NCBI GenBank assembly: GCA_963783575.1
Contig: CAWAOD010000014.1
Location: 379,218-443,217, forward strand
Direction of reading: 5' to 3'
Source of the DNA: an uncultured Spirochaetota bacterium
Lineage (GTDB): Bacteria; Spirochaetota; Brevinematia; Brevinematales; JAOACQ01
Length of the DNA stretch: 64,000 nt
The notes below the pieces were generated by a model. That model saw only the letters and a program-made list of their open reading frames with translations. It did no database searches and was not told the origin of the DNA. The position numbers and the translations under genes are program-made. Below are positions 30,608 through 41,257 of the stretch, in pieces; position 1 is the stretch's first letter, and every line of letters begins with the position of its first letter.

Positions 30608-30827
30608 GATATCCCTCCAAAAATTTCTTTTAAATGCCAATACCTATTTTTTGGCAATAGTATTCTAAACAAGTTTTATTAGGTTATAATGAAATAATTG
30701 TTAATTTTTTGTTTATTTTGAAATCAGGTTTGATTTTATTTTATGTACTCTTTAAAATAGAAATATTGTAGAATTTCTATATTATTATTACAATGTTTTG
30801 GTCTAAAAAAATTAATGGAGGGGCATA

Positions 30828-31397
30828 ATGACAAAACAAAATCCTTCTATCGGATGCTGCGGGTTGGATTGCGGACTTTGCCCCAGATACTATACCGAAG
30901 GGTCCTCAAGGTGCCCCGGATGTTGCGGTCCGGAGTTTTTCTCTAAGCATCCGTCATGTTCCATTGTTACCTGCTGCTTAAAAAAAAATAATTTTGAAAC
31001 ATGTTCAAATTGTGCCGGATTTCCTTGTAATAAATATTCAAAAGAAACTATCGAATTTGATTCCTTTATAACTCACAGGAATTTATTGAAAAACCTGAAT
31101 CTTATCAAAGCATCGGGATTGCAGGAATTTATTGATAAGCAAAAAGAAAGAATCAGACTTCTTCAAATAATGCTTGAAAACTATGATGATGGGAAATCAA
31201 AAAGTTTTTATTGCCTATCCTGTACATTGATCTCAATATCCGGTTTAACCCAGGCAATCAAATTTAGTGAAAAAAAAATAAAAATTAATATAATCCAAAC
31301 CGATAACATTAAACAAAAAGCTGAAATTTTAAGAAATTATTTAAATATTGCCGCAAAAGAAGAAAAAGTAGAGTTAAAGTTAAGAAAGAAATTATAA
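30828..31397 (+). CDS. DUF3795 family Cys-rich protein
   Basis: CCGLDCGLCP, CPGC, C....CC......C..C..FPC. Confidence 0.8.
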   Translation: MTKQNPSIGCCGLDCGLCPRYYTEGSSRCPGCCGPEFFSKHPSCSIVTCCLKKNNFETCSNCAGFPCNKYSKETIEFDSFITHRNLLKNLNLIKASGLQEFIDKQKERIRLLQIMLENYDDGKSKSFYCLSCTLISISGLTQAIKFSEKKIKINIIQTDNIKQKAEILRNYLNIAAKEEKVELKLRKKL

Positions 31398-31539
31398 TAT
31401 CAAAGAATGAGATAAAACAAACCATATTTCTTCATCTGCCGGAAAATTTGCCCTGCAAATAAAATTTTGACAACCCATAATAGTATGAAAAAGAAAAGTA
31501 AGTTATAATATCTATCATTTAATAATAAGGCGGATTTTT

Positions 31540-34044
31540 ATGAGTGAAATTAAAGAAGTCAACAATGATATGGTAAATGAAATAAAGAATTCATTTCTAT
31601 GGCACCGTAAATCTTCGCTTGCAAAAGACGAATATACAGCGACAGCGCATGATAATTATCTTACACTGGCTCTTACAGTTCGTGATATGCTGATAGACGG
31701 CTGGATTCAAACCCAACAGAAATACTATGATATAGATGCAAAACGAATCTATTATCTATCATTGGAATTTCTTATAGGCAGAACCCTCGGCAACAGTATG
31801 ATAAATCTTGGTATATTTAACGAATGCGAAACCGCTATGAAGGAGCTTGGGATCGATCTTGACGGGCTCCGCGATGAGGAGAAAGACGCGGGACTCGGCA
31901 ACGGAGGTCTTGGAAGGCTTGCCGCATGTTTTCTGGACTCGATGGCAACCCTGGGTTATCCTGGTTATGGCTATGGCATTCGCTATGATTACGGTATTTT
32001 CAATCAAAAGATTAAAAACGGTTACCAGGTTGAGGAACCTGATGACTGGCTTAAACTCGGCGATCCATGGGAAATAGAAAGACCGGAGTTTGAACTGCGT
32101 GTCCATTTTTATGGAAATGTCCGTTCGGAAAGCGGTCCGAAAGGTAAAATAATCTACCACTGGGAGAATACACAGGATGTTTTTGCAATTCCTTACGATA
32201 TTCCGATTCCCGGTTATAATAACAATACCGTTAATACCTTAAGGCTCTGGGTGGCGCGTTCGGTCAATGAATTCGATTTCGGCGATTTTAATGCAGGAAA
32301 TTATATTGATGCGGTGGAAGACAAAAATATTTCCGAAAACATATCTAAAGTTCTTTATCCAAACGATAGCAGCGTCGCGGGTAAAATCCTGCGTTTAAAG
32401 CAGCAGTATTTATTTGTAGCCGCCTCCATCTGGGATATTTTCCGCAGATATAACAAATATCATAAAGATTTCAAAGAATTTCCGGAAAAAGTCGCCATTC
32501 AATTGAACGATACTCACCCGGCAATAGCTATCGCTGAATTGATGCGTCTTCTGATCGATGAATATGGTGTTGAATGGAAAGAAGCCTGGCGAATTACAGT
32601 TAATACCTTTGCTTACACGAATCATACTCTTATGCCCGAAGCTCTTGAAAAATGGCCTGTCAGTATGATCGAGAAGCTTCTGCCAAGGCATATGCAGATA
32701 ATATACCAGATGAACCTGGAATTTTTGCAGGAAGTACAGAGACATTATCCGGGTGATCTGGACAGGATGAGAAGGATGTCGCTGATAGATGAATCCGGGG
32801 AGCGTTATGTTAGAATGGCATTTCTTGCAATTATCGGCAGCCATTCCGTAAACGGAGTAGCAGAATTACATACTAAGTTACTAAAACAAAATCTGTTAAA
32901 AGATTTTTACGGTATGTATCCGGATAAATTCAATAATAAAACCAACGGCATAACTCAGCGCCGGTGGCTTTTGAAATCCAATCCCGGCCTTTCAAGGCTT
33001 ATTAACGAAACAATCGGTAATAAGTGGATAACAGATCTTTATGAATTGAAAAAACTTGAAAAATATGCTGACGACCCCGGATTTCAAAAAAAATGGCAGG
33101 GGGCAAAAAAAGAGAATAAAAAAAGACTTGCAAAGGAAATAGAAAAAGAAACAGGAATTATAGTCAATATTGATTCTATTTTTGACGTTCAGGTTAAAAG
33201 ACTCCATGAATACAAAAGACAGCTTTTAAATGTTTTAAATATAATAAGCCAGTATTACTGGATTAAAGATAATCCGAAAAGCATTTTTGTACCCAGGACA
33301 TACATTTTCGGCGCAAAAGCGGCTCCTGGCTACCAGATGGCAAAACTGATAATTAAACTTATAAACAATGTAGGTAATGTCATAAATTATGACCTGGATA
33401 TCGGCGATAAAATTAAGGTCATATTTTTACCAAACTACAGGGTTTCTCTTGCGGAAATAATTTTTCCGGCTTCCGATCTATCGGAACAGATATCTACGGC
33501 TGGAACCGAAGCAAGCGGGACAGGCAATATGAAGTTCGCACTAAACGGGGCTCTTACAATCGGAACGCTCGATGGCGCTAATGTCGAGATAGCTGAGGAA
33601 GTGGGAATGAATAATATTTTCATCTTCGGTCTTAAAGTTGAAGAAGTTGAAGAAATTAGGCTTAAAGGTTATAACCCGGGATATTTCTATCAGAACAATA
33701 AAAGTCTTAAATTAGTTATTGATCGAATAGCATCAGGTTATTTTTCACTCGGCGAGGACCCTAATCTTTTCAAACCAATTGTCGATATGTTATTAAATTA
33801 CGACTATTATCTAAATATGGCCGATTTCGAATCTTATACCGGCTGCCAGAAGAAAGTATCTGAAGAATTCAATAATGAAAAAGCATGGACAAGAAAATCA
33901 ATTTTAAATGTTGCCAGAATCGGTAAATTTTCAAGCGACCGTACAATTAAACAATATGCCGAAGAAATCTGGAAGGCAAAACCTGCCGATATCAATATCG
34001 CCGAATCAAAAATAAAATTCTGTACAGATAATGAGAAACATTAA
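31540..34044 (+). CDS. glgP: Glycogen/starch phosphorylase
   Basis: [42 protein letters not shown] (PLP lysine). Confidence 0.97.
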   Translation: MSEIKEVNNDMVNEIKNSFLWHRKSSLAKDEYTATAHDNYLTLALTVRDMLIDGWIQTQQKYYDIDAKRIYYLSLEFLIGRTLGNSMINLGIFNECETAMKELGIDLDGLRDEEKDAGLGNGGLGRLAACFLDSMATLGYPGYGYGIRYDYGIFNQKIKNGYQVEEPDDWLKLGDPWEIERPEFELRVHFYGNVRSESGPKGKIIYHWENTQDVFAIPYDIPIPGYNNNTVNTLRLWVARSVNEFDFGDFNAGNYIDAVEDKNISENISKVLYPNDSSVAGKILRLKQQYLFVAASIWDIFRRYNKYHKDFKEFPEKVAIQLNDTHPAIAIAELMRLLIDEYGVEWKEAWRITVNTFAYTNHTLMPEALEKWPVSMIEKLLPRHMQIIYQMNLEFLQEVQRHYPGDLDRMRRMSLIDESGERYVRMAFLAIIGSHSVNGVAELHTKLLKQNLLKDFYGMYPDKFNNKTNGITQRRWLLKSNPGLSRLINETIGNKWITDLYELKKLEKYADDPGFQKKWQGAKKENKKRLAKEIEKETGIIVNIDSIFDVQVKRLHEYKRQLLNVLNIISQYYWIKDNPKSIFVPRTYIFGAKAAPGYQMAKLIIKLINNVGNVINYDLDIGDKIKVIFLPNYRVSLAEIIFPASDLSEQISTAGTEASGTGNMKFALNGALTIGTLDGANVEIAEEVGMNNIFIFGLKVEEVEEIRLKGYNPGYFYQNNKSLKLVIDRIASGYFSLGEDPNLFKPIVDMLLNYDYYLNMADFESYTGCQKKVSEEFNNEKAWTRKSILNVARIGKFSSDRTIKQYAEEIWKAKPADINIAESKIKFCTDNEKH

Positions 34045-34147
34045 AAATAATTATTTAAACTGAACAATTCGTTTATTTTTATTATCTTTTGCAATATCCT
34101 TGCAGATAAGCTAAAATTTATATGATAGTAAAGTACTATTTTAGGAG

Positions 34148-34786
34148 ATGATTATGAGATCTGGTTTTATTTTTAGCGGATTCTTCTGGGGACTGCTTCT
34201 AATATTCTTTGGCGTATGTGTTCTTCTAAAGGCATTTTTAAACATAGATATCCCTTTACTTCAGTTGTTCTTATCTTTTCTATTTATTTACATCGGTCTA
34301 AGGATAATTTTCGGTGGATTCTTCTGGAGAGGGCATTTCGGCCCTTCACATATCGGGCATCAGACATTATACTATGATCCTGAAAGTAAAAATAATGAAT
34401 TCAGTATTTCTTTCGGCAGCGGTTTGATTGACCTGAGTAATGTATCTCTTGAAAAAGAAACTGTCGATATAAAAGTTAGTTCGTCTTTCTCGGGCTGCTG
34501 TGTTCTTTTAAACCCTGATTCACCTGCTATTATTAAAGTTAATTCTTCTTTCGGCGGTGCAACTTTCCCAGATGGAAACTGTTTAAGCTTCGGTAACACT
34601 ACTTATAAAACAAAAAATTTCAGTAAAGATTCAAATCATCTAAGTATAGAGGCGAGTGTTTCTTTCGGCAGTTTGAGATTTGTAACTTCAAAAGATGACG
34701 CTGACAGCTTCTGTAATATGGACGGCAGGGATTGGAAGAGTGAAAAAAGATACTGGAGAAGATACCGTAAATGGCACAATCATTGA
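34148..34786 (+). CDS. LiaF-like membrane protein
   Basis: FWG..LI..G TM pair followed by repeated SFG beta motifs (FG...IDL). Confidence 0.65.
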   Translation: MIMRSGFIFSGFFWGLLLIFFGVCVLLKAFLNIDIPLLQLFLSFLFIYIGLRIIFGGFFWRGHFGPSHIGHQTLYYDPESKNNEFSISFGSGLIDLSNVSLEKETVDIKVSSSFSGCCVLLNPDSPAIIKVNSSFGGATFPDGNCLSFGNTTYKTKNFSKDSNHLSIEASVSFGSLRFVTSKDDADSFCNMDGRDWKSEKRYWRRYRKWHNH

Positions 34787-34807
34787 AGGAGTTGACTTAA
34801 GAAGGTT

Positions 34808-35182
34808 ATGAATCAGGATTTTAAAAAATTCATCTGTATCAGATGCCCGAGGGGATGTGAAATTAAAACAACTCTCGACGGATATGGAAATTTAACTGAA
34901 ATTACAGGCAATGTTTGCCGTCTTGGACTTGAGTATGTAAAAGAAGAATTATCCGATCCCAGGCGTATTCTTACAACAACAGTCCGTGTTAAGAATGGTA
35001 TTCGCCCGCTTGTACCTGTCTGGACTGAAAATTCTATCCCAAAAGACAAAATAATACCTTTGGCTGATTTATTAAGAAAAGTTATAGTAGAAGCCCCTGT
35101 TCAAACCGGCCAGATTATTTTACAGAATGCTCTTGATCTTGGAGTAAATGTTATAGCGAGCGGATCAAACCCAAGAAGTTAG
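34808..35182 (+). CDS. DUF1667 family protein
   Basis: CIRCPRGC, G..C..G..Y...E...P.R.LTTTV, APV..G. Confidence 0.85.
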   Translation: MNQDFKKFICIRCPRGCEIKTTLDGYGNLTEITGNVCRLGLEYVKEELSDPRRILTTTVRVKNGIRPLVPVWTENSIPKDKIIPLADLLRKVIVEAPVQTGQIILQNALDLGVNVIASGSNPRS

Positions 35183-35211
35183 TATTAATCAAACAAAATT
35201 AAATTAACTTT

Positions 35212-35742
35212 TCATTTTCTGCTTAATTTTAGAAACGGAAAAATCATCGGCACTTTTCGTTTGTATTCAATAAATTCATTTCCGAAGTCTTTATAGAGTC
35301 TTTTTTCCTCTGTCTGCTTAAGATAAAAAACAACCAGGAATAAAAATACAATCAATGCGGTAAAGCAGGCTAATGAATCAAGATATAAGGATATTGAAAA
35401 ATAGAAAAAGAATGCTCCGAATACCATGGGGTTGCGGGACAGTTTGTATGGCCCTGTGATTACAAGTTTTTTAGTTCGTGGGGTTACAGCTATACCGAAA
35501 CCGTCAGTTGGTCCTCCTTTTCCTATAATAAACAAAGCGAAATTTGACCAGAGAAAAAAAACTGCACCGATTGCTAATAAAGGAATTGCTATTATCAATC
35601 GTATAGTAAAATTATTAATGATTTGAATATTTAGCATCGGATCTACCGCACCTGACAATTTAAATAAAAGAAAAGGAATCAACAATACAAAAATAAAAAT
35701 ACCGATTATATAACCTATCAAATACTTCAGAAAATTTTTCAT
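35212..35742 (-). CDS. Isoprenylcysteine carboxyl methyltransferase/PEMT family membrane protein
   Basis: LV.TGPY..SRNPM, EE.RL...FG.EF..YK..VP. Confidence 0.85.
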   Translation of the reverse strand: MKNFLKYLIGYIIGIFIFVLLIPFLLFKLSGAVDPMLNIQIINNFTIRLIIAIPLLAIGAVFFLWSNFALFIIGKGGPTDGFGIAVTPRTKKLVITGPYKLSRNPMVFGAFFFYFSISLYLDSLACFTALIVFLFLVVFYLKQTEEKRLYKDFGNEFIEYKRKVPMIFPFLKLSRK

Positions 35743-35761
35743 AATAATAATCCTCCCCGGA

Positions 35762-36109
35762 TTACTCAAGATTTAAAACCAATTTAATCCCATTTTCCAC
35801 TTTTTTCATTGTGCTCCTTTTTACAGAGCCGGCACAATCCGTAAAAAATTTTTTGTCCAATGTGATAATTTGAGAAATATTAATAACCGAATCTATCGGT
35901 AAATTGGATTCATTAGATTTGATTAAAACATTGCCGGGTGCTTCCGATATTTTTAAATTTGAATTAATAATAATACAAATAATAGTATTTATTTTACTCC
36001 GGTTAAAATGATCCGATTGGATAATTAAAACCGGCCTTCTATAACCGGGTTCTGAACTTTCATGATCAGGTAAATCAGCCCACCAGATTTCTCCACGGGT
36101 CATTACCAT
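35762..36109 (-). CDS. mazF: Type II toxin, PemK/MazF family endoribonuclease
   Basis: RGEIWWADL, EPG.RRPVLIIQSD.FN, DSV.NISQI.TLDK; alternative start at 36103. Confidence 0.9.
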   Translation of the reverse strand: MVMTRGEIWWADLPDHESSEPGYRRPVLIIQSDHFNRSKINTIICIIINSNLKISEAPGNVLIKSNESNLPIDSVINISQIITLDKKFFTDCAGSVKRSTMKKVENGIKLVLNLE

Positions 36110-36338
36110 TCTTCCTTTTCAAGCGATTTTAACTGGGTTTTTAATATTGGTTTTTCAATTAAACTCTGTCCATTGGAATAAACCTGATTTAATTTTTCTG
36201 TTATTTCATTCGATTCATGGTATTTAATATATTCTTCAATAGCATCGGATATAAATTTACTTCTTGAAATTCCCTTTTTGAAATATAATATGACAGAGAT
36301 TTAAAAAGCTGATCGGGTATTGAAATTGCCGTTTTCAT
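36103..36338 (-). pseudogene. Cognate RHH antitoxin (MKTAISIPD type), frameshifted
   Basis: MKTAISIPDQLFKS... One extra A in the A5 run (T5 at 36275-36279) restores KKGISRSKFISDAIEEY...ITEKLNQVY...EKEEW*, whose stop overlaps the toxin start. Confidence 0.8.
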
Positions 36339-36344
36339 ATGAGT

Positions 36345-36373
36345 AGTATAACTATTGATATACCATAAATCAA
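36345..36373 (-). promoter_or_regulatory. Toxin-antitoxin promoter (probably leaderless) with overlapping operator palindrome
   Basis: TTGATT-N17-TATACT ending 6 nt before the ATG; GTATA-N8-TATAC at 36346-36363. Confidence 0.6.
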
Positions 36374-36771
36374 TTTTTTGTGATAGTCTGTCATCAGCAT
36401 TTTTTCAAAATCTATTTGGTTTGTTTTTATATTATTTAGTGCTTGAACGGAAATTCAAATTTTACCACAGATACGAAGACACCGGGTTTTAGATATTAAG
36501 TATTTTTATTTAGTAGCCAAGAATTTCATGGCTTCCTACCTTCTTTGTGAAATACACAAATATCCCCGATTAAATATTAATTTATAAGTTGAAAAAACAT
36601 TACGCAAAAACCAGAAAACCTTAATTTTAAATTTTCATATCTCAAAATGACATTTCCAATAAAACCGGTTATAATATTTCCCTGTTTATTACCGATTTAT
36701 TTTAAAAAAAAATTTGTAAATATTAAGCAGTATAAATTCGTTATCTACAGAACAAACATTTTTTGTTTTTA

Positions 36772-36822
36772 GCCACTAATTTCACTTAATGCGAATCAGA
36801 GATAAGTAGTTTAATTAGTGGC
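36772..36822. repeat. Intergenic palindrome
   Basis: gccactaatt ... aattagtggc 10-bp inverted repeat. Confidence 0.55.
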
Positions 36823-36902
36823 AAATAATGTATAAATATTTAATATGTAGCACCTGAGTAGATACTAAAATTTTTACCATTAATTAACAGAGGAGATTGC
36901 TA

Positions 36903-38018
36903 ATGGATAGTGAAAAAATAACCCGCGTTCCTTATGAAATACTGGAAAATTTCATGAAGGATGTTTTTATAGGCGTCGGTGTCCCGGAAAAAGACGCTGA
37001 AATTTGCGCTGAAATATTGATAACATCAGATAAACGCGGTATCGACTCGCATGGAATCGGGAGACTCAAGCAATTCTATATTGACAGGATTAAAATCGGG
37101 CAGATAAACCCTGTGACTAATATCGAAATAGTAAAAGAAAGTCCCACGACAGCTGTTGTTAATGGTAATAACGGAATGGGTTTGGTAATCGGTAAAAAAT
37201 CCATGCAGATTGCAATAGACAAAGCAAAAAAATATGGTATGGGCATGGTTGCGGTTAAAAATTCTAATCATTACGGAATAGCCGGTTATTATGCTTTAAT
37301 GGCAGCCGGGAGCGGTATGATTGGAATTACAGGGACAAACACCAGGCCCGGAGTGGCCCCTACTTTCGGAGTTGAAAATATGCTAGGGACAAATCCGCTT
37401 ACATTCGGAATGCCGACTGACGAAGAATTCCCTTTTATCCTTGACTGCGCAACTTCTTTGATACAGAGAGGAAAGGTCGAAGTATACGCTCGTACCGGTA
37501 AAATTATGCCGGAAGGATGGGTAATCGGACATGATGGTAAAAGTAAAACTGACCCTGTCAGCGTTCTTGAGGAACTGGTCAATGGAAATGCAGCAATGAC
37601 TCCATTGGGCGGTATCGGAGAAGAAGGAGCCGGTCACAAAGGTTACGGATATGCGACAGTTGTTGAGATTCTTTCATCAGCACTACAGGGCGGATTATTC
37701 TTAAAATCGTTGAACGGTTTTGAAAATGGAGTTAGAGTGCCGTACCGGCTGGGACATTTTTTTATTGCGATTGATATATCCGTATTTACCGAATTGGATA
37801 ATTTTAAAAAAACAACCGGGGATATATTGAGACAACTCAGGGCATCGCGTAAAGCGCCGGGCGCCGATAGAATATATACTGCGGGGGAAAAAGAATACAT
37901 TATCTGGCTGGAAAGAAAAGATAAGGGAATACCTCTTGATGATGCCGAAAAGAAAGAAATTGTTCAACTTCAAAAAGAATATAAACTTGATAAATATAAT
38001 TTCAATTTTAAATTATGA
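36903..38018 (+). CDS. Ldh_2 family (malate/L-lactate-type) oxidoreductase
   Basis: GIDSHG, NS.HYG.AGYY, GTNP, LDCATS, HKGYG. Confidence 0.9.
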   Translation: MDSEKITRVPYEILENFMKDVFIGVGVPEKDAEICAEILITSDKRGIDSHGIGRLKQFYIDRIKIGQINPVTNIEIVKESPTTAVVNGNNGMGLVIGKKSMQIAIDKAKKYGMGMVAVKNSNHYGIAGYYALMAAGSGMIGITGTNTRPGVAPTFGVENMLGTNPLTFGMPTDEEFPFILDCATSLIQRGKVEVYARTGKIMPEGWVIGHDGKSKTDPVSVLEELVNGNAAMTPLGGIGEEGAGHKGYGYATVVEILSSALQGGLFLKSLNGFENGVRVPYRLGHFFIAIDISVFTELDNFKKTTGDILRQLRASRKAPGADRIYTAGEKEYIIWLERKDKGIPLDDAEKKEIVQLQKEYKLDKYNFNFKL

Positions 38019-38026
38019 GGTAAGAT

Positions 38027-39322
38027 TTGAAAAAGAATAAAATTGATATGATTGAAGAAGCATTAAGATATCATTCTGAACCTACGCCAGGTAAAATTTC
38101 AGTTAATCCTACAAAGTCCTGCAGAACAGCCGGGGATCTTTCTCTCGCATATACTCCTGGAGTTGCCCACCCGGTTCTAGAAATTGAAAAGGACCCGGAA
38201 AATGCTTACCTTTACACAAGCAAAGGCAACCTTGTCGCTGTAATTTCAAATGGAACTGCAATTCTGGGACTCGGAGACAGGGGCGCATTATCCGGCAAGC
38301 CGGTTATGGAGGGCAAAGGCGTCCTTTTCAAAAGATTTGCTGACATCGATGTTTTCGATATTGAGATTGATTCGAAGGACCCGAAAAAAATAATAGAAGT
38401 TGTCAAATTGATTGAGCCTACTTTCGGAGGCATTAATCTTGAAGATATCAAAGGGCCGGAATGTTTTGAGATTGAAGAAGAATTGAAAAAAATCTGTAAT
38501 ATCCCGGTTTTTCATGATGATCAGCACGGAACAGCGATTATTTCAGCCGCAGGACTTCTCAATGCCCTGGAGATCACAGGCAAGAAAATTGATACCGTAA
38601 GGGTTGTTTTTAACGGTGCCGGAGCAGCGGGCATAGCATGCGCAAAACTATTTGTAAAACTAGGTGTCGGATTGGAAAACATTTTAATGTGCGATACAAA
38701 AGGAGTTATCTATCGCGGCAGAGGAGACGGAATGAACCGGTACAAGGCCGAATTCTCAGCAGAAACAAAAGCCAGAACCCTTGACGATGCAATGGTTGGC
38801 GCGGATGTGTTTGTTGGAGTATCATCGAAAGATTGCATAACCCCAAAGATGCTTTTATCAATGAATAAAAATCCGATTGTTTTTGCAATGGCCAATCCCG
38901 ATCCTGAAATTACATACGAACTCGCAGTCCTGACAAGAAAGGATATAATTATGGCAACCGGCCGGTCCGATTATCCAAACCAGATAAACAACGTTCTGGG
39001 ATTTCCTTTTATTTTCAGAGGAGCTTTAGATGTGAGGGCCAGACAGATTACCGAGGGCATGAAAATCGCCGCAGCAAGAGCATTGGCCGATTTAGCGAAA
39101 ATTGAAGTGCCTGATATTGTAAAAAAAGCTTATAATAATAAAAATTTTTCATTCGGACACGATTACATTGTTCCAAAACCATTTGACCCCAGAGTAATAG
39201 AATGGGAATCCGTAGCAGTTGCAAAAGCCGCATGTGAAGAGGGTGTCGCTTTAAAACCAATTCAAAACTGGGATAATTATAGAACCAGTTTAAGAAAAAG
39301 AATGGCAAAAAATCAATGCTGA
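38027..39322 (+). CDS. Malic enzyme (NAD(P)-dependent, no PTA domain)
   Basis: [46 protein letters not shown]. Confidence 0.95.
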   Translation: MKKNKIDMIEEALRYHSEPTPGKISVNPTKSCRTAGDLSLAYTPGVAHPVLEIEKDPENAYLYTSKGNLVAVISNGTAILGLGDRGALSGKPVMEGKGVLFKRFADIDVFDIEIDSKDPKKIIEVVKLIEPTFGGINLEDIKGPECFEIEEELKKICNIPVFHDDQHGTAIISAAGLLNALEITGKKIDTVRVVFNGAGAAGIACAKLFVKLGVGLENILMCDTKGVIYRGRGDGMNRYKAEFSAETKARTLDDAMVGADVFVGVSSKDCITPKMLLSMNKNPIVFAMANPDPEITYELAVLTRKDIIMATGRSDYPNQINNVLGFPFIFRGALDVRARQITEGMKIAAARALADLAKIEVPDIVKKAYNNKNFSFGHDYIVPKPFDPRVIEWESVAVAKAACEEGVALKPIQNWDNYRTSLRKRMAKNQC

Positions 39323-39337
39323 AAAAAATTCATCACT

Positions 39338-40927
39338 CTATTTAGCAGATTTTACAAGTATACTTCCTATCCCCAGCTTTTCCAGCTTTCGTTTAACCTC
39401 AACGGCAGTTTCAAGATGATCATATTTACCTACCCGTATTCTGGTAAATTTTTTCTTATTAACAATTATTTCCATCTGGAATACTTCAAAACCTGATTTT
39501 CTTAATTTGTTATAGAGTGAAAAGGCATTTTTATTATTGGTAAATGCTCCTGTCTGGATACAATAAGCATAAGAACCCGGCAGCGAAGGCATATTTACAG
39601 TGTTTGCCTGCACATTAGTTACATAATTAGTAATAAAATTGGTTAATGATATCTGCACATAATTCGTTAGCGCAACATTATTGGTAACATAATTTGATAT
39701 TACAAATACGGCAGGGTTTATTGATTCAGATTGTATTTGCATTTCGGATGACGCATTGACATTCGATACAGAACTTATATTTGTAAATACATTTGAAATA
39801 ATATTTGTATTGGTTTTTAATTGAGGGATTAAAACGGCATAGCTCTGCCCGCTAAGGGAATTACCTGAATATATACCTCTTGAGCCAGTGTCTATGCAAT
39901 ATAATTTACCATCATCACTTCCGAAATAGGCTTTTCCATCGGCTATGCAAGGGCTGGATTCTATATTATTTCTGGTCCCGTATTCCCAGACTTCCTTTCC
40001 GGTGTCAATATCTACACAATAAAATTTCTTATCATGGCTCCCAAAATAAACTTTACCATCAGCTACACTAGGAGAAGACTGGATGTCTCCGCCGGTTTTA
40101 AATTCCCATAATTTCTCCCCGCTCTCTTCATCCAGACAATATAGTTTGTCATCATAACTTCCCAAAAAAACTTTTCCGTTAGTAACAAATGGACTTGAAA
40201 CAATAATGTCGCCGGTTTTAAATTCCCATTTTTTTGTGCCGTCATTAGCATTCAGGCAGTATAAATTCCTGTCCTTGCTACCAAAATAAACATAATTGCC
40301 ATTCCCAGATGCTGTCGATTGAATTTCACCGTTCGCCTGAAATTCCCAGCTTTTGATACCGCTTAATGCATCCAGGCAATAAAATTTTTTGTCAGAATTT
40401 CCGATATAAACCTTTCCATTCATAATAAATGGACTTGAACGGATAATCCCTTTTGTATCAAAAACCCAGCTGTTAGTAGAAATTTCATCATAACAGTAAA
40501 TTTTCTTATCCCCGCTTCCGAAGTAGATTTTACTATTCCATTCATGAGGACTTGATTCAATTTCACCCTGGGTTTTTAGTTCAAGAGACTTTTCACCAAT
40601 CAGTGTGTCCAGAATTATGAATTTTTTATTTTTATTTCCGCCAATATATAATTTATCATTTGCTACATAAGGGCTTGACAGGATCTTATTCCCCGAATCT
40701 TCAGTCTTATAACTCCAGAGCGCTTTTCCATTTGTTGCATCAAGGCGGAATATTTGATTTGCCGAATTTCCAAAGTAAACTGAATTGTCAGCAACACAAG
40801 GACTAGATATAATAGAATTACCAGTATCAAAACTCCAGATTAAATTGCCCGGTTTTCCGGGATCTTCTGAATATAACAATCCGGAAAATAATAAACAAAA
40901 CAATAAAATTAAACCGGATATTCTCAT
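39338..40927 (-). CDS. PQQ-like beta-propeller (BamB-like) with C-terminal SPOR domain
   Basis: Eight ~40-aa W.F.T...I.SSP...G.VY.GS.D repeats, an Asn/Thr-rich linker, and SPOR motif IQTGAF....NA...RIRVG.Y. Confidence 0.85.
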   Translation of the reverse strand: MRISGLILLFCLLFSGLLYSEDPGKPGNLIWSFDTGNSIISSPCVADNSVYFGNSANQIFRLDATNGKALWSYKTEDSGNKILSSPYVANDKLYIGGNKNKKFIILDTLIGEKSLELKTQGEIESSPHEWNSKIYFGSGDKKIYCYDEISTNSWVFDTKGIIRSSPFIMNGKVYIGNSDKKFYCLDALSGIKSWEFQANGEIQSTASGNGNYVYFGSKDRNLYCLNANDGTKKWEFKTGDIIVSSPFVTNGKVFLGSYDDKLYCLDEESGEKLWEFKTGGDIQSSPSVADGKVYFGSHDKKFYCVDIDTGKEVWEYGTRNNIESSPCIADGKAYFGSDDGKLYCIDTGSRGIYSGNSLSGQSYAVLIPQLKTNTNIISNVFTNISSVSNVNASSEMQIQSESINPAVFVISNYVTNNVALTNYVQISLTNFITNYVTNVQANTVNMPSLPGSYAYCIQTGAFTNNKNAFSLYNKLRKSGFEVFQMEIIVNKKKFTRIRVGKYDHLETAVEVKRKLEKLGIGSILVKSAK

Positions 40928-41103
40928 AAAAACCTCTTCTTAATAAATCTTTATAGTTAAATACTATCATATTATAATCTATTAAGGTAAAACTCATAAT
41001 TTAAAATATAAATTTGCTTTTATAAAAACTCATTATAAAAAGTGCCAATTTAAATATTGGTGAAGTTTTTGCCTTTCTTCAATATGTACTTGCAAAAGCT
41101 TAA

Positions 41104-41156
41104 GGGCAGTTCCGAGCTTATAAAAAGACTTGTTTTATGAGATTTTGGAACTGCCC
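41104..41156. repeat. Intergenic palindrome (REP-like)
   Basis: Perfect 10-bp gggcagttcc/ggaactgccc plus an inner ataaaa/ttttat stem. Confidence 0.65.
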
Positions 41157-41257
41157 ATATATCATAACAAATAAAAATAAATTGTCAATTTTCAAACTTT
41201 TAATTATAAAATTATATCTCAATATCGGCAATGATATTAAATAAATAAAATAAGCAT

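Noticed and set aside
40091-40229. Direct repeat gccggttttaaattcccat at 120-bp spacing
   Set aside because: Explained by the 40-aa propeller blade repeats of the protein.
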